Assembly (NCBI RefSeq): GCF_018350175.1
Contig: NC_058377.1
Span: forward strand, 102,052,001-102,116,000
Direction: 5' to 3'
DNA: 64,000 nucleotides
DNA from: Felis catus
Lineage: Eukaryota
The notes under the pieces were generated by a model. That model had not been told where the DNA came from. It did not search any database and was given only the letters and a program-made list of their open reading frames with translations. Position 1 is the stretch's first letter, and each line of letters opens with the position of its first letter. Below are positions 47,966 through 59,854 of the stretch, in pieces. A program made the translations under genes and the position numbers.

Positions 47966-48760
47966 ACATGACTGTTATTTTTTGTCTTCTTGATAGAAGC
48001 CCTACAGGAAATGGCAGAAGCTCAGAGGTTGCCTTCCAGGCTCTCAGGCACAAGGGAGCTGAGGGAGGGAGTGGCCGGCCCCTCAGAGTCAGGAAGAGGG
48101 TGTTTCTGAGCCTTTCTACACAAACCAGGACAGGGGCTTTGGAATCGGTCCAGGCTGGATTCCTCCTGTGATGCTTGAACTGTCCCTCCACCACACACTA
48201 AGAGATGTTGGGCAAATGGCTCCGACCTCCCTGAGCTTCATCTGTACAGCCAGACTTAAGAATACTTCCCTCCAAGGATCAGTGGAGGCCGAGGATAGTG
48301 CATGACAAAGACTAGCCTTCTTCCAGAGGCTGGGTGGTCATGCTTCCCCCACTACTGGCATACAGAGGCACCTTCACTAACTCCTGTGATTGTTAACTGC
48401 TGTATACCCATGTAACCCCTAGCAATCCTGTAGGGTAGAGGCTGTTAAGTGCTGACATCCCACGGGTGATGGAGCTGAGACCCATGGCCTGACATCACAA
48501 GGTCTGCCCCCAGTTGGCCTAGAGGGGAATCCCCCACCTTTTCCACGGAGGGAATTAGCTCTCAAAAATAGGGGAGGAAACTCTCAGCACACTCCAGCCT
48601 ATAATTGTCTGCCATGATTCTAAATTCCAAAGCCAAATGGGCCCTACCATGACCTCCGCTTCACCTGGAACATCTGCCAGGTTCCCAGGACAAAAGGTGA
48701 AGGTGAGAACAGAGTTTTCTCTAAAGAAATGTAAGGGTCCGCCTATTTCCACTGGCTTCT

Positions 48761-48778
48761 CAGGAAGTGACGTCAGCA
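48761..48778 (+). promoter_or_regulatory. Overlapping ETS-CRE composite motif
   Basis: CAGGAAGTGACGTCAGCA. Confidence 0.5.
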
Positions 48779-49282
48779 GACCCACTTGGCCCTTTTTCTG
48801 GTGTTAATCATGTTCTCACACCCACCTCCTGAGCCACAGCCACCTCCTGAGCCCTACTCTTCCTGACAATAATTAAGGATGTCACCTGGGTGTTGCTGTG
48901 AAAAGTGACAGCAAGAGCCCTTTACATACCTGCTCTGGGAGGCAGTGCTGAGCCCAGACCCAAGCTGCTGTAAGCTTGCCCCATGGGGACAACAGGCTGG
49001 AAGGTGTGGTGGGTGTCACTGTACTGGTGGCATAATGAAGCAGCACCGAGCAGACTGGAGCTGCTGATCACACTTCTGGACAATCTGGGCCACTAGAGAG
49101 AAAGGGTCCTCAGGGACCACCTACTGCAAACAGCCACCCTACTTTTTGGATAAGAGCACTGACACCCAGAAAGGGGAAATGCTTTGCCTTGAGTCATACA
49201 GCACTAACCCGCTGGTGTGACAACCCAGGTGTCCTGACTCCCCAGCTCATGCTCCCTACTCCACCCACACCCACATTTAGGA

Positions 49283-49470
49283 TGGTGGTTCTTAACCAGG
49301 CTAATCTTGCCTCCCAGGGAACATGTGGCAATGTCAGGAGACAGTTTGGGCTGTCCTTACTCCAGAGGGGGCCATGGTAAGAAGGCAAGGATGCTGCTGC
49401 CCACCCCCCAACAGTGCACCCACCGCCCTCTGATGCAGAGGATCCATAGTGCTGCCATGGAGAAACCCTG
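49283..49470. mobile_element. MER20 (hAT-Charlie)
   Basis: tggttcttaacc..ttgcctcccagggaacatgtggcaatgtcaggagaca...atagtgctgccatggagaaaccctg. Confidence 0.85.
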
Positions 49471-49884
49471 ACTTGGAAACACTGCCACTGGGGCCCATGA
49501 CTCCCAATCACATATGACGCCCTTTTACGAATCTCCATCGGGCCCTCTTTGGCAATGGTTGGATTTGGACACAAAAAGAAGTGTATGAGGAACCCCAGCT
49601 CCCGTGTAATCCAGTGACTCTGGAGGAAGAACATTCCTAGCACTTCCCCACTTCTGTGCCTTTGTACAAGCTGTCCTCTGGGCCCGGCAGGCTGTCTCTG
49701 GCCCTGTCTCCGTGTGCCAAATCCCACTCATCCTTGTAGACTAGTCTGGTACCACTGCCTCCAGGAAGACATGTTGGTTTTCTCCTGCTGGGAGTCATCT
49801 CTGCAGCTCTAAACTTGGCAACACATCAGCAGTTCCTCTTCTGACACTAAGAGGAGCCCAAATTGTATTAGAGCAGGAGACAAG

Positions 49885-50140
49885 ATAATTCCATATCAAG
49901 TCTCTGGGCTCTGGAGGTCAAAGCCCTGAGTCCAAATCCCGGCTCTCCTACTTCCTAGCTGTGCGGCTTTGGACAAGTTACTTAACTACTATAGCCTTAT
50001 ATATAAAATGGGAGAGAAGATGGTAGCAGCGGCTGCTCATTGGATTATTGTGAATATATCATTAGCTGATCCACGTAAAGCACTTGACACAATCCCTAAT
50101 GCATGGTTAGTGGGCCATGGAAGTTAGCGATCATAGTTAT
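49885..50140 (+). mobile_element. MIR
   Basis: aaatcccggctctccctacttcctagctgtgcggctttggacaagttacttaac. Confidence 0.85.
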
Positions 50141-50144
50141 TACA

Positions 50145-50360
50145 TCAGAATATCTGCCAAGCTCTGTGCGAAGCCCTGTGCATTCATTATCTCCGAGAAG
50201 CCACAAGCCTGAGTCACAAAGCCAGTGCTTTTGCATCTGCAGTTTACAGGTGAAAGCTCCGAGCCCCAGAAATGTCCTTCGACAGGACCTCAGTCACACA
50301 GCTATGAAAAGCCCAAGCCAGGACTCAAAGGGAGGTCTGTCTGACTCCCTGGAGCTTGTG
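50145..50360 (-). mobile_element. MIR
   Basis: agtttacaggtgaaagctccgagccccagaa...gtcacacagcta...gtctgtctgactcc. Confidence 0.75.
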
Positions 50361-50529
50361 TTTACTGAACTGGGCCACACCACTGTTGTCTGCTGTACTC
50401 CATCGTGGAGCCTTTCCCAGATGGCCCACACCCACTTGCTCGCTTATGCCCAGGCCTTGCATCGGTACCACACTGTAGTTTTCAGGACTCACGGCTGGTG
50501 ATCATGGCTGGATTTCTCCGAGCTGGATA

Positions 50530-50715
50530 CCTGCATTAACTCATGCACTCTTCTTAGCAATCCTATAAGATAGATGCCAGTGTTGACTTTCTACACAGGA
50601 AAGAACTGAGACCCAGAGGGGCTGGGCTGCTTGCCAAGGTCACACCGCCACCAAGGCAAAGCTGGAACTTGAATCCTGGTAGTGTGGATCCAGAGTCCAC
50701 AGCACGGCCACTACA
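50530..50715 (-). mobile_element. MIR
   Basis: aactgagacccagagggg...cttgccaaggtcacac...gaacttgaatcc. Confidence 0.8.
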
Positions 50716-51639
50716 TCCTAGTCCTCCTGCCACCTCCACACCATCTACCCAGACGCCCAAAGATCCAGAGGACTTTGGAACTCTCTAAAACAATGCCAGC
50801 TCATTGTAGGTCCAGTCTGCTGATGGGTGGTGAGGGGCTGTGCCCTGTCTGTCCATCCACACCCTGGTCGGGAAAGTGGGAAGGCAAGAAGGTGGGAAGG
50901 AACCACAGAAATGGAGGCTGGGCCGATGGGAGGGGAAAAGAAGGAGAACAAATGAGGGAAAGGGAGAGGAGAGGGGTAGCTAAGACAGGCCTGGAATGGA
51001 GGACCAAGAAGATAAGAGAAAGGAGGCTGGGAGGACAAGAGAGGAGGAGCAGTCTTCCTGAGCTATTTTTGTGAACCTGAGTGCTGCCGATTTCCATGTT
51101 TAGCATCTCTTTGCATATTGAGGTCAGAAGGTCCCAGCTCCTCATGTGAAAATGAGTAGGAATTCATTAGTGCAGCCTTCTGGAAGGCTCCTCCACACAC
51201 ACACTGTGCCCAGCCTTCCCTTGATGGAACAAAAAGAATGGAGGAGAGAGAGCTAGTCCACCATCCTGCAAAGGTACATGGTGTGCACACCCACACTGCT
51301 TCTACTCAACGGAACAGGTGGTTTCACCTCTGGTACCTCAGTTTCCCCACCCCCAAAAGGAAGTGAAGTGAGCTTAGGGCTCTGGAAGGAGACTAATCAA
51401 ATTAAGCAAATCATTCCATTAATGAATTCATTGAAAGAGTTCCTACCTCAAAAGAGGATGGAGTCCAAGGGCATAGTAAGAAAGCCATTGGCCAGCATCT
51501 CAGATGCCTTACACTTTGTCCTGAATCTTTGGATGTAAGGAAGGGAGAGATGAAGGAATGGGGGCAGCGGGGGGGAGGGAGGGAGGGACGAATAGGAGAG
51601 GGAGAGGGGATAGAAGAAGGAGGCAGAAAAGGAGGAAAA

Positions 51640-51830
51640 TACCTTTCCAAGCGAACTTATGTACTTGTCACTTGCATTGTCCTCAAGCTGCTTTATGAAG
51701 TAGATACTCAAAGACACCCTATTTCTAGATGAGGAAATTAAGGCTTGACTTGGCTCAGCTACTTGCCCATAGTCACAGTACTAGGGGCAAAACTACGGTT
51801 TGAGCCGAGAGTCTGTGAGTGCAGAGCTGA
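51640..51830 (-). mobile_element. MIR
   Basis: atttctagatgaggaaattaaggct...cttgcccatagtcacag. Confidence 0.75.
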
Positions 51831-52659
51831 CACTCAGGTATTGCTTATACTGACCGGACAGATACACAAGGACAGACAATAAAGGAGAGTCCCAGCATGT
51901 GCGATGGGAACAGAAGTGGCCCACAATGTCTCTCCCTCTCTCTCCACCTTCTCTCGGCACATCTACTCCATTAACTTAGAGCAGAACACTTTGGGGAGTT
52001 ACTTAGGGCTCCTCTGTGTCCCCAAACCTTTGGCTTATTCGGAGTTTTGGTTTGTTATGGAAGGAACTCTGACCCTAATTGTATGTAACCTCTTGTTTCA
52101 AGTCACCGTCAGCTGACTGACTGAGCTCCAGTGTCACTCAGTTCTAATCCTTCAGACAAGATGCTAGGTGCCCAGCCCATCCTGTGGGAGGATCCTCAGA
52201 TATCCACGCCCGGCCCACCTAGTAGTGGCCTGGAGAAACAAGTACAGGGAGTGAGAATGGGAAGATTAGATGCTACAGGTAACCAGGAGGGAGAGACAGC
52301 GATGCAGCAGGGAGCTGTGGCTGGCTTCTCTCAGGGTTCACTCTGAAAGACAGTGGTCTCTGCTCGGGGTGGCCTTCACTAAAAGGGAGGTTCATTATCT
52401 CTACTCAAGCTTAGTTCAAAGGGAGAGTAAGCAGTAGAGCAGTTCAACAGAAAGAGTGACCGCCCACATGAGAAGACAGGAAGGCACTAGAGCTCTTGCC
52501 AGAAAATGTCTCCTCTCCCTGCCTGCCTAGTGCCTGAAGATCTACCATTACGGATGTTCGTGTAACCTTTGACAGGTCGTCTGTCCTCCTTCTGCATGCA
52601 AAGCATCAAGGGCAGCTCTAGACATTTTGTTCTGAGGAGAGGGTTGGAGCCCACCTCAG

Positions 52660-53110
52660 TGTTGGAGCAGAAAGTGCTGGTTATCTCCCCAGTATCCATT
52701 CTCCCTTCTATAAACAGATGTCTTCTCTGGGCACATGGCCACCCAGCTAAAAACCAAGTTTCCCAATCTCCCTTGCAGCTAGCTGTGGCCAACTGCTTGG
52801 ATTGAGGCCAACGCCTTGTGAGCAAAAGCCATGATAAGGCCCTTAAAAAGAAGAAAGATCCTTTGCCTTCTCTCCACTCTTGCTTACTGGAAAGATCCAC
52901 ATGGTAGTGGGAGCTGAACTGGCCATCTTAGCCACCAGGTGGGACGTGCGTTTTAAAGATGGCATAGCGAAAAGAAAGAAAGTTCCAGGTGCCCCGTGCT
53001 GTAAGGCCATTGAATCAGCCCTGGGTTGCTGGTGTTGACATTGTTACATGGAGGAGACATAAACTTCCTTCTTTGGCATGTCGGTCAATGTATTTCTTGG
53101 CCTCTTTTAA
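52660..53110 (+). mobile_element. MLT1J-like LTR
   Basis: ccagtatccattctcccttc...gggcacatggccacccagctaaaa...cttgcagctagctgtggcca. Confidence 0.8.
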
Positions 53111-54255
53111 AGGTACCCCTGGTGCCCATTCCCACACCATTTGGCAAGCACAGCTCAGTGCCCTTCACAGAGCCAGCGAGGGAGGACCTGGGCCAGGTAG
53201 CCTGAGTACAGCCCCAACTCCAACTCAGAACCCTACCCTCAAAGGCCTCTGCTAGGAAACTTTATTTTCTGATCTGCAAATGAGGTCCCATCCTCTGACA
53301 AAGGCTCTGGAGACCTCTTTGGGGAAAAAGAACTCTAAGAGATATAATCTGGATGATAACACGTCAGTATTTACAGGACATTCCAGAGAAATGCCAGAAC
53401 ACTAGCAGTCTACGATGCCCAGTTACACTAAAAAATGCAGGCTGTACAATGTTTAATTTAGGACAGGCGTGTACTCACAGGCCCACCCCTTCTCTCCTGT
53501 CTTTCACCCCACCACCTCACACATTTAAAGTACTTCTCTGCACTGGGAAAGTATTGATTTCACAATCTCTAGGGTAAATGAATCAAAGTAGAAAGTGGCC
53601 CCAAGAGAGAGGGTGGTCTGCAGGAACCCCAACTTAGACCGGCCCTGAGTTCCCCAATCCAGTCTTCAGTGACAGGCCCTCCCACTGTCTCCATGCTCCC
53701 AGTCAAAGACTAAATATTTAAAGTCCCAGGGAAGGAGTTTCTGTTTGTCTGGGGCCCTACATACACCAACTGGTGGCTTTTCCTAAGAGTGGGGAAAGAT
53801 GTATGTAACTGGCCCTCCCTCACTTCCCTAGGAAAAGGTGAACACTGGGAGTCATTTCCCCACCAAAACCCATTCATATAATGATGGACGGCTCCTCTCT
53901 CCACATTAATTTTCAAATCCCATGGAAATTTGGGGGAGGATCCTGGGAAAAGCAGTGGAAAGTAGCCAAGAAGTGGAAAAACACCTATTAGGTCCACTTC
54001 ATCCACCCAAAAAATAAAAATGAAATCAAATAAAGCAAAGGCAGAAGAATAAAACCCCAAGGAGAAGCTCTGCAGCTAAAGGGATTTCCTTTCCCACAGA
54101 GATATTATCACCAGCGGCCTAATTTGATTTTCAGGCAATGCCTGCGATTCAGTAAAGGAGAAGGAGTTGACGTTGTTAGTCCAAGTCACAGAACATCATC
54201 AGGGTATGATCTCACTATGGTCCTCAGGAAGAGAGCCTTGAAAGAGGAGCTGGTA

Positions 54256-54370
54256 GGGCACTTGGGCAACTCAGTTGGTTAAGCATATAATTCTTGATTT
54301 CAGCTCAGGTAAATGATCTCATGGTTAATGAGATAGAGCCCCATGCTGGGCTCGGTGCTCACAGTTTGGA
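54256..54370 (+). mobile_element. Can-SINE 5' part, truncated by an assembly gap
   Basis: ctcagttggttaagcat...ttgatttcagctcagg..tgatctcatgg. Confidence 0.85.
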
Positions 54371-54614
54371 NNNNNNNNNNNNNNNNNNNNNNNNNNNNNN
54401 NNNNNNNNNNNNNNNNNNNNNNNNNNNNNNNNNNNNNNNNNNNNNNNNNNNNNNNNNNNNNNNNNNNNNNNNNNNNNNNNNNNNNNNNNNNNNNNNNNNN
54501 NNNNNNNNNNNNNNNNNNNNNNNNNNNNNNNNNNNNNNNNNNNNNNNNNNNNNNNNNNNNNNNNNNNNNNNNNNNNNNNNNNNNNNNNNNNNNNNNNNNN
54601 NNNNNNNNNNNNNN
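54371..54614. other. Assembly gap (244 N)
   Basis: N run. Confidence 1.
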
Positions 54615-55049
54615 GAACATTCAGATATCAGCACCATGCAGGGAAAGGACTGCCTAGGGAACAGGCCTGGGTACAACGGTCCGGTTTTGCGAATTTTCCC
54701 AGACTTCACATTCTCTGGCAAGATTCCATGGTGCCCCCTCTTCCACCTGGACCTAGTAGGCTATCTCTAGAAATGTAGTTTATCTTATTACACACCTGAA
54801 TGCCACTCAGCTGTTCTTGCAGACAGAAGGGACCATGTTTCCTGTCATTACCATCTGGCCACCTGCTATGCTTCTCAGTAATGCCTCCTAAAAATACCCT
54901 TCTCCAATATCCCCTGTGAATTTAGCAGAATAAAAAGAAAAATTAATCTTCTCGGATTGGCTTTCCATCAAGGAATAGTTTTGTAATGTGTGATAGAGTG
55001 GGAAAGCAGAAACTTTAGAGACAGATTCGAATTGGAAGGATAAGTGTTT

Positions 55050-55260
55050 TTGTTATTACAGCTAACATGGATTATTACCACGTGCTGCCACTGTTCTAGT
55101 CACATAATATGGACTATCATTTCACCTTCTCAACAGCCCTCTGAGTTGAGTAACATTACGTTCCCCCATTTCATAGACAAGGAAACTGACACATAAGTAT
55201 TACCAATGTCACCCAGCAAGAAAACAACAGTGGCAGTCAGACTCCAGAGCCAAGCTTCCA
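55050..55260 (-). mobile_element. MIR
   Basis: ccccatttcatagacaaggaaactgacac. Confidence 0.8.
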
Positions 55261-55633
55261 GTCTTCCGTCTGCAGAACTGCTTCTGGATGAATGTTGCTG
55301 CCTTTCTTATCTCCCAGATCCTGGTTCCGACAGACTCAGGCGTGACACAACTGGACAGGAGAAGAAGGGAGGGAAGACGCAGTTTGAGAGGACAGAGGGG
55401 TGGGAAGCCGGCAGCCTGGTTGTCCTGAGGACCATCAGACAACAAATAGCACACGAATGGGGTGGGGGCAGTTTGGGCAGCCACTGGTATCCATGGGGAG
55501 CCCATGAGGCAGCAGACATGTCTGTAAATGACACAGCTCCAGCCTCGTGGTTCTGGGCTCTGATGAGAGCCAGGCAGGAAGGAGGTTGTCAGGGACTCAA
55601 AGGGCCTCACCCCAGCATAGACAGGTCATGGTC

Positions 55634-55639
55634 ATAGAT

Positions 55640-55679
<40 letters not shown>

Positions 55680-55737
55680 GATAGATAGATGATAGATAGA
55701 TAGATGATAGATAGATGATCCATCCATCCATCTATCC
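55634..55737 (+). repeat. Compound (GATA)n / (TCCA)n tetranucleotide STR
   Basis: Interrupted (TAGA)n runs followed by (CATC)n. Confidence 0.95.
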
Positions 55738-56825
55738 ACATATACACACATACATACATGTTGGAGCCCATACTCTATCAGATGCTTAGCCACAGAGGCA
55801 GAGCCATCTGTGAGGAGGTGGGCATATGGATGACATAGGCTGGTACAGTACTAGAAGGTACCAGACCTCTGACAGAGGGTAGGCTGGGGCAGCTGATATA
55901 CCTGCCCTGGTCAGTGTGACCTCTGACACTGGTCTGGGCACAGCCTCCTGACAGGGGCTTGGGGGACTCAACCCAAGGAGGGCTTAGCTAGTGTGAGATA
56001 CCACCTTCCTGCCCCTTCCCACATCTGGGCTCCGTGTGGGACTCCAGTCACCCCTCTGGCCTACTGGTCACCATTCACAGGTATGGGGCACTGACTTTGT
56101 CTGTGGCTCAAAATGCCTCACCTCTGCTGTTTCATTAAACAGTCTCAATAGGCATACGCGCTAGTACGTCATTTTAGGTTCTCAGGTCGAAGGTAACAAC
56201 CCAGAGACCTTACCCCACTGTCTCTCTCCTTACCACGGTGTCCTTGAAGCACACATATTTCAGCAAAGGAAGGTTAAAAAAATGGCCCAACTTCTTTCGG
56301 CCTTTAAGAAACTGAGAGATGAACTTTTATCGTGTTAATCCACTGAGGACGGAAGATTAACTTATTTACACCGCTTTGCCTGACGAATACACTACTCATG
56401 ACCTCATGGGTTTGTTGTGAGCACTGAGTTTATGGACGTCAAGGGTTTATAATCTTTCCTGAAGTGCAGTCAGCACTCCATAAATGCCAGCTGGTGTTAA
56501 TATCATTCTTTGATGACAGACTACTGATATTGATCCCCAGGGGACTTGAGATCTTATGGATGCTGGCGTTTATTGCCCCAGCATGAACCTCCACTCAGTT
56601 CCTGTTCATAACAGCCGCGGCTGAAGATGCTTTATGTTTGCAAAGGGTTTTATTGGTTTTCTTTAAGAATTTTACAATAACCTCAGACTCGGAATCAGAA
56701 AGGACCATAAAGGTCACCTTGCCCATCCCTCACCTGGTGCTTAACTGCCTTCTCCACCTTCAGCCTCATCTAAAACACCCACAGGGCCTACCCAAGAGCT
56801 CTCGCTGCTACAGAGTTTCTCCCCT

Positions 56826-57270
56826 GGGGCACCTGGGGGGCTCAGTCAGCTGAGTGTGCAACTCTCGATTTCAGCTCAGGTCATGATCCCACGGTTGTGG
56901 GTTCAATCCCTGTATCGGGCTCCATGCTGAACATGGAGCCTGCTTAAGATTCTCTTTCTCTCGGGGTGCCTGGGTGGCTCAGTCGGTTAAGCGGCGACTT
57001 CGGCTCAGGTCATGATCTCGAGGTCCCTGAGTTCGAGCCCCGCATCGGGCTCTGTGCTGACAGCTCAGAGCCTGGAGCCTGTTTCAGATTCTGTGTCTCC
57101 CTCTCTCTGACCCTCCCCCGTTCATGCTCTGTCTCTCTCTGTCTCAAAAATAAATAAACGTTAAAAAAAATTTTTTTAAAAAAAGATTCTCTTTCTCTCT
57201 CCCTCTGCCTCTCTCACTCTCTATGTCTCTCTCTTCACCGCCCCCCCGCCAAAAAAAGCAAATAAATAAA
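56826..57270 (+). mobile_element. Older Can-SINE hosting a nested SINE
   Basis: ggggcacctggggggctcagtc...gagcctgcttaagattctc, resuming at 57183 with the CT tract and A tail. Confidence 0.92.
56963..57182 (+). mobile_element. Young Can-SINE nested inside the older SINE
   Basis: Perfect 17-bp TSD aagattctctttctctc (56946-56962 and 57183-57199). Confidence 0.97.
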
Positions 57271-57409
57271 GGAAGCTTCTTCCTTACACTTTCCTGACTG
57301 TCTCCAGTATCCCCACCCTGGCCAGTACACCTGCCCAGTCAATCCAGTGGCCCAGTGACCATTCATTCCATTCATTCAGCAAACAGTTACTGAGTTCCTA
57401 CTTTGTGCC

Positions 57410-57590
57410 TGGCCTCGCTGCTTCCTGTGGCCTCAAGTGAGTTACTCACCCTCTCTGAGCTTCCAATGCCTCATCTATAAAATGAGAGTAATAACAGCAC
57501 TTGATTCACTGAGTTGTCACGAGGACGGACGAGATATATACAGGGCACATATACATAGCGCTCAGTAAGGATTACTTTCCATTGTCACTG
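57410..57590 (+). mobile_element. MIR
   Basis: gagttactcaccctctctgagcttc..cctcatctataaaatgagagtaataa. Confidence 0.85.
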
Positions 57591-58229
57591 CTGTGGTCGC
57601 AACGTATTAGGAAAAAATAGGAGCCGGGTCAGTATTTACAAGTCTGGGAAGGCCTTGCAGAAGGCAAGGGTGACCCGTTATAGAAGCGCTGACTGGATCT
57701 GAGCTGGGTCCTATTACTCCACAGGAAGAGAAATGCCTCGGCTGTCAGCGGACCCTCGGAAGGCCTAAAACACCAAGCCAAGAAAAGCCACAGTAGGGAG
57801 CTTAGTGCCCCCCCCCTTGAAAAGCCCCAACATACACAGTAGGAGAGCTGTTCGTGGAGGCAGCAGCAGAACAGGGCTGGTGGCATCCGAACCAGGAGAA
57901 GCTCAGGATTCAGTGCGGAGGCTGACCGGGAAGCAGGATGCGATGGTGTCCACGACCTGCTTTTGTGCTGCATAGAGCAGTCCCAGCAGCTAAAACAACT
58001 GGGCAAGAATGACACCACAGACAGAAAACAGACAAGGCAGAATGGCTTGCACCTTAGAGCTCCCTGACAGGGACAGAAGCACAGCCAGGGACGTAGAACA
58101 AGGAGAGACACAAACCAAGCCCCCCCCCAACTCCCCCCCCCCACTGCTGCTTGTGAACAGCTCCTGCTTCTGAGCCACTGCTCCCCTTCTGCAAAAGGAG
58201 AAAGCTGGGGGAGGGGGTGTTGGGGACAG

Positions 58230-58620
58230 AAGGAGGGACTGACAGCACGCCCTCGCCAGCTCGCCAGCTCGCCACGATGGCCCAGCCCCACTGTGGAGTC
58301 AGACCAGCCAAATGGAGCACACGCAGTGGGAGGCGATTGGCCCACTCCCACCCAGCGCCCTTCCAGAGCCTGGTTTGTGGTTTTATACAGTCTCACTGCA
58401 TCTTCTTTTGGAGGAGAGCCTGGGAGGAAGGCCTTCTTTCCTCCCTGTGCCTGCTGCTTGCCTGCTGGTTCACTGATCACTTTTCCCATTTCCTGGTGGC
58501 TGCTAGGATGTCACCCAGGAGGGCGGGCAACCCTACCGTGGGCGGAGGCAGCTCCCCGCTGAGTCACAGAGGATGTCCCCCACCCCCACTTAATTGCCAA
58601 TAAAACCAAAAGCTCCGGCT
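58230..58620 (-). promoter_or_regulatory. Candidate promoter or enhancer
   Basis: Repeat-free and CpG-enriched; TATAAAA on minus (58381-58387), RUNX TGTGGTT (58376-58382), GC boxes (58521, 58540), AP-1 TGAGTCA (58560-58566), CCAAT (58336, 58597). Confidence 0.5.
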
Positions 58621-58959
58621 CTTCCCAGGAGAAAGCAAAGAAGAATCCTGCTATATCCCCTTTTAAAACAAGAGTTGTCAGGGTTGGGTTTTTTTTCTGT
58701 TTGGGGAAACAAAGTGGAAGCACCCTGCCCCCACCAGCAGCAAGGACCCTGAAATGGATCAGGAGGGAAGTCAAAGGAAGGATGTAATGGAGAAAGTCTA
58801 CCCGTTGGGTCACATGGAACACAAACTAGCACTGTTTCCCTGCTGACGGCTGTCTCCAGCATTCAGGCACCGGGCCAGGCCCCGATTAGCCAATTACAGT
58901 GACAGACACTGACAGTCCCCATCAGGTAACCAGCGGAGGTCACTGCCTCCACCGACGGA

Positions 58960-59185
58960 GTCCTGGGGAAAGCCACAAACTGAGTTTGATTCTGACTCTA
59001 CTGTGTATATTTTGTGTGACAATCAGTGAGTCATATCACATCTGTGCACCTCAGTTTCCTCATCTGCAAAGTGGAACCAATAGTAACCTGGTAGGATTCC
59101 AGGGAAGAATAAATGAGACGAACATATATAAAAAGCTTCACACAGGGCCGAGCCCACTGGAAGCACTCCAAAGGAGCAGCTATTA
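58960..59185 (+). mobile_element. MIR
   Basis: cctcagtttcctcatctgcaaagtggaaccaatagtaacct. Confidence 0.85.
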
Positions 59186-59237
59186 AAACCTCCAGCTATC
59201 ATGAACATGAGACTGGCTGCAGAAAGTTATGCCTCCA

Positions 59238-59517
59238 GAAGGGAAACAAAAATAATATTAAAAAACAGGGAGGGGGACAAAACATAAGAGACTCTTAAAT
59301 ACAGAGAACAAACTGAGGGTTGCCAGAGGGGGTGTGGGAGGGGGGGATGAGCTAAATGGGCAAGGGGCATTAAGGAGGACACTTGTTGGGATGAGCACTG
59401 GGCGTTATACATAGAGGATGAATCACTGGGATCTACTCCTGAAATCATCACTGCACTATATGCTACCTAACTTGGGTGTAAATTAAAAATAAATTCATTC
59501 ATTTAAAACAAAAAAAA
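59238..59517 (+). mobile_element. 5'-truncated carnivore/feline L1 3' UTR
   Basis: cataagagactcttaaatacagagaacaaactgagggttg...gggatgagcactggg; imperfect TSD agaaagttatgcctcca / agacagcttatgcttcca. Confidence 0.92.
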
Positions 59518-59831
59518 AGACAGCTTATGCTTCCAAAAGGAAACAAGGGACCCAGGTGTGTGTCACTCTCTGGACCATGATGACTCAGCTCCTAACACTG
59601 TAAAGACTACCCCTTGGGAAGATGACAAAGTCTCAGCTTTATCTCTCTCCACGCTATTAGTTTCTTGTATTTAAGACTCCTCCCGCAAATCATTCGTTTA
59701 TTTCCTGCATCACAGCAGAATCAAAGGCTGGTGAAGACCCCCAAGCAGAGGGACTGCAAAGTGGTGGCCTGGCAAGTGCCCTTGCTTCCTGAGGGAGCAG
59801 AGGATGTGGAGAGTAAAGCATCTTGGGGGAG

Positions 59832-59854
59832 GTGTGTGTGTGTGTGTGTGTGTG
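59832..59854 (+). repeat. (GT)11 microsatellite
   Basis: Directly visible. Confidence 0.95.

Noticed and set aside
47193-47993. 266-aa ORF and other ORFs crossing N-runs (also near 24000 and 54300)
   Set aside because: Length comes from X codons in assembly gaps plus low-complexity C-rich sequence.
54655-54770. Possible MER81/MER94-like hAT relic
   Set aside because: Resemblance is too weak to call without an alignment.
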